Below are positions 18,171-25,688 of a stretch of 28,516 nucleotides of DNA, in pieces. The position numbers and the translations under genes were made by a program. Under the pieces are notes generated by a model. It did no database searches. It saw only the letters and a program-made list of their open reading frames with translations, and was not told where the DNA came from. The DNA comes from Verrucomicrobiota bacterium (lineage in GTDB: Bacteria; Verrucomicrobiota; Verrucomicrobiia; Verrucomicrobiales; DEV007): contig JASFYY010000070.1 of NCBI GenBank assembly GCA_045046875.1, forward strand, positions 1 through 28,516, written 5' to 3'. Each line of letters opens with the position of its first letter. The first letter of the stretch is position 1.

Positions 18171-19484
18171 TCACTTCCCCTCCACCGCGATCAACTTCTT
18201 ATACGTTCGCACAAACATCGCCCCATCAGCAATCGCCGGCGTTGTTCGACAAAGCTCACCTAAGCGGTTAGTTGCCAGGTGTTTTAATTCATCCGCCACG
18301 GCAATCACATTGATATTGCCGCTTTCATCGGCGCTGAAAATGCTCTTACCATCACTCACCGGCGATCCAAAACAGGAGCCCTCCACACCCGGCACCCGAG
18401 CCTTCCACACCTGCTCGCCCGTCGCCGCTTTGACACAAGTGACGATGCCCGCATCGTCCCACAAATAAGCCAAATCCCCCACCACAATCAAACTGGGGAT
18501 ATGCGGCACATTGCGCTCGATCCGCCACACCTCTTCCAGCTGATCCCCCTTCAAACGCATCGCCACACAATGTTTCGGGTTGGCGGTGAAACCACAGGTG
18601 CCGATGATCAAATCTTTATACACCACTGGCGAACTGATCGCGCGCTCATTGACATCGGTATTAAACACACTTTTTTCCGCCACCACCCGTCCGTCCTTCG
18701 CATCGATCACCGTGAAGCCGTGCTGCCAGTTCACAAAAACCAACAGCTTGCGCCCTTCGGATTCCATCACACAGGGCACCGAATAGGACAACCGCTGGCT
18801 GCGCCGTTCGACTGTCCATTTCACTTTTCCCGTATTGGCATCCAATGCGATCAAATTGCCCCCACCCTTTTCCTGGTCATTATTGAGCACCACCAGATCC
18901 TGTAATAAAATCGGTGACGCTGCAAAACCGTGCCCTCCGGAAACCGGACCCAAATCCGATTGCCACAGCTTTTTGCCGTCATGGGAAAAAGCAGCCATGG
19001 TCAATTTCTCCGGAGTGCCCCAAGTGAAGACCACCCGTTTGTCATCCACCGCCGGCGTGGTCGATGCCGGACTATTAAAACGATGCCCCTTGTATTTTGC
19101 ATCCTCCACGATGATCTCCTGCTTCCACAAAATCGATCCGTCTTTGCTGCTGACGCACATCGGCAGCCAGTTTTGCGGTTTCACCGCAGCTACCTTTTTT
19201 TCCACCAACGCCTTCTTCTTTTTGCCCTTTTTCTTTTTCGGGCGCGGCGGCGGTTCGCTCGCCGCCAACAAAAACACCCGCTCACCCCACACCACCGGCG
19301 AACCATGCCCTACCCCGGGTAAGTCTATTTTCCAGCGAAAATCCGCCTCACTCCACTCGGTCGGAATGGTCACCCCTTCGCTCACCCCCGAACCATTCGA
19401 ACCCCTGAATCGAGGCCAGTTATCAGCCACCGCAGCCTGGGTAATCAGGCCAAATAACAAAATCATCAGAAAAATGTTTTTCAT
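18171..19484 (-). CDS. PQQ-like/BamB-type beta-propeller protein (PVC WPxFRG type)
   Basis: Signal peptide, DNWPRFRG, repeated SP/TP blades and DxxTG-W motifs. Confidence 0.85.
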   Translation of the reverse strand: MKNIFLMILLFGLITQAAVADNWPRFRGSNGSGVSEGVTIPTEWSEADFRWKIDLPGVGHGSPVVWGERVFLLAASEPPPRPKKKKGKKKKALVEKKVAAVKPQNWLPMCVSSKDGSILWKQEIIVEDAKYKGHRFNSPASTTPAVDDKRVVFTWGTPEKLTMAAFSHDGKKLWQSDLGPVSGGHGFAASPILLQDLVVLNNDQEKGGGNLIALDANTGKVKWTVERRSQRLSYSVPCVMESEGRKLLVFVNWQHGFTVIDAKDGRVVAEKSVFNTDVNERAISSPVVYKDLIIGTCGFTANPKHCVAMRLKGDQLEEVWRIERNVPHIPSLIVVGDLAYLWDDAGIVTCVKAATGEQVWKARVPGVEGSCFGSPVSDGKSIFSADESGNINVIAVADELKHLATNRLGELCRTTPAIADGAMFVRTYKKLIAVEGK

Positions 19485-19584
19485 GATTCAAAGCTACCGA
19501 TTTCTCCCCCTCACCACAAGATACGCAATTCAGCCATTTTGCCTTTCTTGATGATCCTCATTCTCTTCACGGTAAACCCTCTCC

Positions 19585-20556
19585 CTAATCCCCCTTGAGA
19601 TCCTCAATAGGAATTCGAAGAAAAAACAATCCCCCACCTCCATCCTGATCCTTACTGATATCATAAAACACAACGGCAATCGTTTTATCATCTAGCTGCA
19701 CCGTCCTCGGACAAGCCCGACCGCCTATCGCACGACCAGGATTATGGTATTCGTGAACCCCTCCCCAACTCTGCCCATCGTCGCGCGAAACCCGATAGCG
19801 AATCTTCTCGCCCCCGGTTCCCGGACCCAGTATTTCAGAAGCCAGCAACCAACCATTTTTCAAACAGACCATCTCATGCCGCCAACCCTGTTCCGCCAAA
19901 TTGGGAAAGTCTTTTATCTCGACCCAGCTTTTCCCTTCATCAATCGAGCGCAAACCCGCTCCACTGATATAAGTCCCAGCAGGTGTTCGAAGCACCGGAA
20001 TCAAACCGTGGATCCGACCGTCACCAAAAGGTTGGGACGTTTTATTCTCTGGATTAAAAATGAAGGTCTTATCAGTCAAACTGATCAACCAGCGATTCGG
20101 CGCGAGTTCCGTGATTGGATGGCGAATAATACTTTTAATTTTCTGGTCACGCGGAAGCGGGTCGGGATCGCTCCAAGTCACTCCGTCATCTTCGGAAACC
20201 GAATAAAGCACCGACCTCGGTTCTTTCTCGGTAACGGGAGTATCCCAACGGTTCCACATATGAACCAGACGACCATCGCTCAAGGCGGTGAGTGAACCCG
20301 GGTAATAAGTTTTTTTCAGGGTGTGCTCAAAAGGCTTGGGATCCGACCACGTCTTGCCACCGTCCATCGAACGCGTGATCCGTAAATCACGGTGATTGAT
20401 ATGGCCGTAGATAACGACAATCGTTCTTTTTTTACTGACACAAACCGACGGATGAATATGACCTCCAAGCGGATTGGCAATTCTCACCAGACCAGAGAAA
20501 CCCCAAGCGGGAAACATCAGAATCACGGCAGTGATCAGAGAATGAAAAAAACTCAT
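19585..20556 (-). CDS. BNR/Asp-box (sialidase-fold) exported protein
   Basis: Four Asp-boxes (SMDGGKTW, SEDDGVTW, SIDEGKSW, SRDDGQSW) and a hydrophobic N-terminal signal. Confidence 0.82.
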   Translation of the reverse strand: MSFFHSLITAVILMFPAWGFSGLVRIANPLGGHIHPSVCVSKKRTIVVIYGHINHRDLRITRSMDGGKTWSDPKPFEHTLKKTYYPGSLTALSDGRLVHMWNRWDTPVTEKEPRSVLYSVSEDDGVTWSDPDPLPRDQKIKSIIRHPITELAPNRWLISLTDKTFIFNPENKTSQPFGDGRIHGLIPVLRTPAGTYISGAGLRSIDEGKSWVEIKDFPNLAEQGWRHEMVCLKNGWLLASEILGPGTGGEKIRYRVSRDDGQSWGGVHEYHNPGRAIGGRACPRTVQLDDKTIAVVFYDISKDQDGGGGLFFLRIPIEDLKGD

Positions 20557-20558
20557 AA

Positions 20559-21884
20559 TCAAGTTATGATCTCGCGCGCCACCTTGCCACCTTCAGCTCC
20601 AGTAAGACGATGATCCCGCCCCGCATGAGTGTATTTCAACTCATTGGAAGACAGCCCCATCAAATGTAAAATGGTCGCGTGCAAATCACGGAAATGCATT
20701 TTGCCATCCACCGCACGTGAACCGGTTTCATTGGTTTTGCCATGCACAAAACCACCTTTCACCCCCCCGCCCGCCATCCAGAAAGTGAAACCATTGGCAT
20801 TGTGCCCCGTTTCATTTTTTCCATTACCCGGGGTCAGTCCCGGACGTCCAAACTCCCCGCCCCACACCACCAGCGTTTCCTCCAGCATGCCGCGTTGATC
20901 CAGATCCTCGAGCAGGGCCGCTATCGGCGCATCCGTTGCTGCGCAGTTGGCTTCCAGATCCCGACGATGGTTTTTGTGTTGATCCCAACTGCCATGATTC
21001 ACTTCAATAAAGCGCACCCCGGCCTCGGCAAATCGTCGTGCCAACAAACACTGCCGACCAAAGTCGGTGTCCTTGCAGGTGCCTACTGTCTTTTGATTCC
21101 CCACCCGGTAGCGCGCCAAAGTAGCCTTCGATTCCTTGCTCAAATCCAATAAGTCAGGTGCCGTCATCTGCATCCGGAAACCCAGCTCCATCGACTTGAT
21201 CACCCCGTCGAGTTTGGCATCACTCGGTCGCCCCTTGAGATGATTGCGGTTCATCACCTGCAAAAACTCCAACTGCTTGCGCTTGGCAGACAGAGGCAAA
21301 TGATCACTGTTCACGTTATTGATCGTAGCGCTTGCCATTTTCTCCCCATTCACCCCGATCGGCGTGCCGCTATAAATCGAAGGCAAAAAGGCCGATGAAT
21401 AAGCCGATGATTTCGAAGTATGGATACTGACAAAACCCGGCAAATTTTGGTTCTCCGTGCCCAAACCGTAACTGACCCAGGCACCCATACTCGGTCGCTT
21501 GCGCAGACGGTCACCGGTGTGCAGTTGTAAGTTCGATTGGGCATGAATCCCGGTGTCGGCATACATCCCGTTGAGCAGACAAAGACGGTCCGCATGTTTG
21601 GAAACCTCGGGCATCAACTCGGATATCCACAAACCGTTTTCACCGCACTGACTGAATCCCACCACCGAGCCCGGATGCGCGGTTTTCCCCGTCTGCGGTT
21701 TGTAGTCAAAAGTATCGAGCTGAGCCGGACCGCCACTCATGCAAAGAAAAATCACCCGCTTCGCCCGCGCCGTAATCGGAGCCGGGCGATCCACCAGATT
21801 CGCCTGCGCCAAACCTGAAAACGCCAAATAACCAAAACCACAGGAAGCACCCTGTAGCAGTTCACGACGGGAAATATTATTCAT
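20559..21884 (-). CDS. DUF1501 family protein with Tat signal
   Basis: SRRELL Tat motif, [49 protein letters not shown] and WGGEFGR. The start is ATG 21884 or 21893. Confidence 0.9.
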   Translation of the reverse strand: MNNISRRELLQGASCGFGYLAFSGLAQANLVDRPAPITARAKRVIFLCMSGGPAQLDTFDYKPQTGKTAHPGSVVGFSQCGENGLWISELMPEVSKHADRLCLLNGMYADTGIHAQSNLQLHTGDRLRKRPSMGAWVSYGLGTENQNLPGFVSIHTSKSSAYSSAFLPSIYSGTPIGVNGEKMASATINNVNSDHLPLSAKRKQLEFLQVMNRNHLKGRPSDAKLDGVIKSMELGFRMQMTAPDLLDLSKESKATLARYRVGNQKTVGTCKDTDFGRQCLLARRFAEAGVRFIEVNHGSWDQHKNHRRDLEANCAATDAPIAALLEDLDQRGMLEETLVVWGGEFGRPGLTPGNGKNETGHNANGFTFWMAGGGVKGGFVHGKTNETGSRAVDGKMHFRDLHATILHLMGLSSNELKYTHAGRDHRLTGAEGGKVAREIIT

Positions 21885-21922
21885 ACGCCTCATTATAAAA
21901 TTTTGACCCAATTATCAAATTT

Positions 21923-21946
21923 GTAGGGCGAGCGCTCCGCTTGCCC
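21923..21946 (+). repeat. GTAG-type REP palindrome
   Basis: GTAG followed by the stem-loop GGGCGAGCG-CTC-CGCTTGCCC in the PSD1-DUF1501 spacer. Confidence 0.55.
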
Positions 21947-21978
21947 GGATTTATATAAGCTTAGCTCCTCAGTCATAC

Positions 21979-24309
21979 TCAATCAATATAACGAAATTCA
22001 TTAGTCACCAACAAGGTCTGACACAAACTCGCCCAGGCTTTTTCCTTGGAATGAAGCTCCGCCTGGGTAAGCTCGACCAATTCAATCGCCCGGTAAAGTT
22101 CTTCAGCATCGGGATCTCGGTTCAGGGCACTGCGATAAGCCTGTTTGACCCTTGCCTGATCATCACCGGGAACTTCCGCCAGAATTTTACGGGCAAATTT
22201 CCCCGCCTGCTCGATCACAAAAGCACTGTTGAACAAAAATAGCGCCTGACTGGGCAAGGTATTGACCTCACGCTGCCCAAGCACGCTGGTGAAATCCGGC
22301 AGATCAAAGGAGTTCAACTCCGGCGGCGGGGAATTCCTCAGATAACAAAGGTAAATACTACGGTGATTGCTCGTTTGGTGCAGATTACCCGCCAGATTCA
22401 CCAGAATCGGACGGTGACGAATAATAGATCCCTCACCCGGTTCCAGATCAAGCTGACCCGTGACCTTGAGCACGGAGTCACGCAGCGATTCGGCATCAAA
22501 ACGCCGGCGGCTGTGCCGGGTCAGCCATAGGTTTTCGGGGTCTGCCTCAACCAGCCTTTTGTCCGCTTCACTGCTCAACTGGTACGTCCGGCTCAAGACA
22601 ATTCCGCGAATCAAACTTTTCACCGACCAATCATTATCGACAAATTTGCTCGCCAGATGATCGAGCAGTTCACGGTGCGTCGGACGCTCACCGTAAACCC
22701 CGAAATCATTCGGCGTGCCGACGATGCCCTTGCCAAACAAATGCAACCAGATCCGGTTGGCCATCACCCGCGCGGTCTGCGGATGCCCACCACTGGTCAG
22801 CCATTGCGCCAGTTGCAGGCGCCCACTTTGCTTGGCATCGATTTTGATCGCCTCTCCCGTATTGCAAGCCGTGAGAAATCCCCTTGGCACACTTTCTCCC
22901 AACTTTTTGGCATCCCCCTTGATATTGATCTTGCAGTCAGCCGGTTTAGCGCGATCCCGCAGCCCCATCGCCAGAGGTGTGCCCGGCGCCCACTTTGATT
23001 TTGGAATGGCTTTGGGTTTACCGGTATTGGATTCCGGAACCAAAACCGTCTCCACAAACCCGGCGGGAGGCAAAACCTTAGCCGCGCTTTTTAATACATG
23101 CAGATCCGTCGGCGGCGCCGTCAACTTTTCATTCCCCGCCACGCCCCACAGCGTCTCAGAACTGGTGAAGTATCCAGCCAAAGCATAATAATCACGAGTC
23201 GGAATCGGATCAAATTTGTGATCGTGACAGCGCGCGCAAGCCACACTCAATCCCATAACTCCCCGGCTCACCACATCGATCTGGTCCGCCACCACATCCA
23301 TCGCAAAATTGTTATTCATCGCTTTGGCAGGCTTGGAGGTCAGCGCCAGAAAACCCGTCGCGATCAATTGACGGTCCCGCTGCTGGTCGGAGCTGCTCGG
23401 CAACAAGTCACCGGCGATTTGCTCGGTCAAAAATCGATCGTAAGGGGTGTCTTGATTAAACGATTCAATCACATAATCCCGATACCTCCACGCATGAGGG
23501 AAAGTCGGATTGCGGCTCAGGCCATCATTGCCATTGGATTCCCCATAACGCACCACGTCCAACCAATGCCGCCCCCAGCGCTCGCCAAATTGCGGCGAAG
23601 CCAACAGCTCATCCACCAATCGCGCCACCGCTTGCTGACCGTTTTTTTCATAGTCCGCGGCAAAAATCTTCATCTGCTGCATGTCCGGCGGCAAACCGGT
23701 CAGATCAAAATACAAACGTCGAATCAGCACCGCCGGACTGGCGTCGCGGGCAGGTTTTAATTTTAAAGCTTCGATCTGCGCCAATACAAAGCGATCCATC
23801 CCAGAGCGCGGCCAGTCGACCGCCTTGACCTCTGGAACCATAGGTTTTTTCACCGCTTCAAACGACCACAACTCGCCCTCTTCATAAGTCCTGCCAGCCA
23901 CTTTTTTCACCTTGCCCGAGCGCGGATCCGGCGCGCCCATTTTCACCCACTGCACAAAATCGCTGATCACTGCCTCGCTCAGTGGTTCGTCCGGCGGCAT
24001 TTCCAAATCATGATCCCACTTCAAAGCCTGGATCACCAAACTGTTCTGCGGTTTCCCCGCCACCACCGACGGCCCCGACTCCCCGCTTTCCATCATGCCC
24101 GAACGGGTATCCAGCAGCAATTTTCCACCCAATTTCTCCGCCCCCTCCGAATGACACTCGTAACAACGATTGACCAGCACCGGACGAATCTTGTTCTCAA
24201 AAAAAGCCACCCCCGCCTTGTCCGCACCCTGCACGACCACCTTCTCCCCACCATAAACGGCAGAAAAAGCACACACCAACACAGCAGCAATGGGGAAATG
24301 AGAGTTCAT
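21979..24309 (-). CDS. PSD1/PSCyt (planctomycete cytochrome c, DUF1549, DUF1553) protein
   Basis: [53 protein letters not shown] and [11 protein letters not shown], with two CxxCH motifs. Start moved to the ATG at 24309, which gives a signal peptide. Confidence 0.92.
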   Translation of the reverse strand: MNSHFPIAAVLVCAFSAVYGGEKVVVQGADKAGVAFFENKIRPVLVNRCYECHSEGAEKLGGKLLLDTRSGMMESGESGPSVVAGKPQNSLVIQALKWDHDLEMPPDEPLSEAVISDFVQWVKMGAPDPRSGKVKKVAGRTYEEGELWSFEAVKKPMVPEVKAVDWPRSGMDRFVLAQIEALKLKPARDASPAVLIRRLYFDLTGLPPDMQQMKIFAADYEKNGQQAVARLVDELLASPQFGERWGRHWLDVVRYGESNGNDGLSRNPTFPHAWRYRDYVIESFNQDTPYDRFLTEQIAGDLLPSSSDQQRDRQLIATGFLALTSKPAKAMNNNFAMDVVADQIDVVSRGVMGLSVACARCHDHKFDPIPTRDYYALAGYFTSSETLWGVAGNEKLTAPPTDLHVLKSAAKVLPPAGFVETVLVPESNTGKPKAIPKSKWAPGTPLAMGLRDRAKPADCKINIKGDAKKLGESVPRGFLTACNTGEAIKIDAKQSGRLQLAQWLTSGGHPQTARVMANRIWLHLFGKGIVGTPNDFGVYGERPTHRELLDHLASKFVDNDWSVKSLIRGIVLSRTYQLSSEADKRLVEADPENLWLTRHSRRRFDAESLRDSVLKVTGQLDLEPGEGSIIRHRPILVNLAGNLHQTSNHRSIYLCYLRNSPPPELNSFDLPDFTSVLGQREVNTLPSQALFLFNSAFVIEQAGKFARKILAEVPGDDQARVKQAYRSALNRDPDAEELYRAIELVELTQAELHSKEKAWASLCQTLLVTNEFRYID

Positions 24310-24523
24310 CCAGGGGGGGATTTGCCCCGAAAAATACCCCACCCCACCCAAATCGCAACCAAAAGCCTCCTTCATCATTCTTCACTCCTTACTCAACATT
24401 CGATATTCCCTCACTCCCCTCCCTGATTCTTACCAGTCCCGAGGACGCGCATAGGCGCCAGGCTATGCAATAAATTCAAAATACAGGCACATCACAAGTG
24501 TTTGATCACGTGACAGTTATTAC

Positions 24524-24707
24524 ACCCCAACGGGGTAGTCCTATAATAGCCCGGGGCACCGCCCCGGGTCTGGTCGAGAGACCCACATCAGCCCTGAATG
24601 GGCGGCACTAAAGCATTAACAGTTATTACTCCCATTCAGGGCTGAAAGACTGGAACCCAAATACCCAGGGTTTCACCCTGGGCTATCACAGAATCAGCCC
24701 TTTGGGC
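24524..24707. repeat. REPIN/MITE-like element: two inverted arms of nested hairpins
   Basis: Perfect 15-bp inverted repeat TCAGCCCTGAATGGG (24588-24602) / CCCATTCAGGGCTGA (24631-24645). The outer hairpins ACCCC-AAC-GGGGT and CCCGGGGC-ACC-GCCCCGGG are mirrored by CCCAGGGT-TTC-ACCCTGGG and GCCC-TTT-GGGC. Confidence 0.8.
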
Positions 24708-25139
24708 CTGTTTGCCAAACGCCTATGATCGGACGCAGAACCAGTGCCCTCTTATTATTATCAGTGAAAATTTGACTCCAAACAGAATGTTCCGTCTGTC
24801 TCACTCCGTTCAGCTGTGCCATCAATGGTTTGGAAAAATATTCCTGCCCATCAGCTCCTATTCCACCCAGCCTATTTCCCCCTTATCCTTGTTTCCTAGT
24901 GTCCATCTTGACTCGACATAGCTTTAGCGACGGCGGTTAGGGGTCCTCTTCGCCTCTTGAGTCCCGCTTTCACGGCATTTCCACGCTTCTAACGTGACAT
25001 TTCCCGTTTTTTTTAGAAAACTTTCTAAGAAACCTGCTGCCCGCGGGTCTTTCCCCTGAGAGGATGATTTATCGTGCATCAAAACAACCCAGCCCAACGG
25101 CTCCATTTTTCAGCGTTCCCGACTGAATCAAATAGCACC

Positions 25140-25688
25140 ATGCCCGTGTCCAGTTCTCCCAGCCCAGCAGCCAAACGCGGCCCAAGCCTAACCTTGCGCG
25201 AGCTGTTTGAGACCGAAGAGACACCGCTGTTACGCTACGCTTTCTCCCTCACCGGGCGACGCGCGATCGCCGAAGAGATCGTGCAGGAAGTTTTTCTCCA
25301 GCTCCACACCCATTGGGATGACGTCGAACAACCCCGCGCCTGGCTGTTCCGCTCCGTGCGCAACCGCTCTTATAATCACCAGCGCAAACACAAAAACGAA
25401 ATCCTCACCGATGAAGATCAATCCGGCTCCACCACCGACGATCAAGAACACGCCCCCGACGCCCTCCTGCTGCGTATGGAAGCCGCCGGTTACCTGCGCC
25501 TGATCGTGGAAGAGCTCGACGAAGTCGATCGCCAACTGATCGAGCTTAAATATTTCGATGACCTCAAATATCGCGACATCAGCGACCAAACGGGACTCAG
25601 CATCAGCAACGTGGGTTATCGCCTGCACCACATTTTAAAAGAGCTGGCAGAGAAATTGCGCCAACTCGGAATCGACGGAACGTCATGA
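25140..25688 (+). CDS. ECF (sigma-70 group 4) RNA polymerase sigma factor
   Basis: Region 2 LLRYAFSLTGRRAIAEEIVQEVFL...AWLFRSVRN and region 4 LKYRDISDQTGLSISNVGYRLH. The start is ATG 25140 or GTG 25074. Confidence 0.92.
   Translation: MPVSSSPSPAAKRGPSLTLRELFETEETPLLRYAFSLTGRRAIAEEIVQEVFLQLHTHWDDVEQPRAWLFRSVRNRSYNHQRKHKNEILTDEDQSGSTTDDQEHAPDALLLRMEAAGYLRLIVEELDEVDRQLIELKYFDDLKYRDISDQTGLSISNVGYRLHHILKELAEKLRQLGIDGTS

Noticed and set aside
737..24426. Numerous 60-250 aa alternative-frame and antisense ORFs inside the long genes
   Set aside because: They are fully nested in well-supported CDSs and carry no recognisable motifs, as expected for shadow ORFs at this GC content.
24524..24707. Hairpin cluster as a tRNA, riboswitch or simple terminator
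   Set aside because: There is no cloverleaf or recognisable aptamer and no U-tract. It lies between divergent genes and has a related copy at 7347, which fits a dispersed repeat better.
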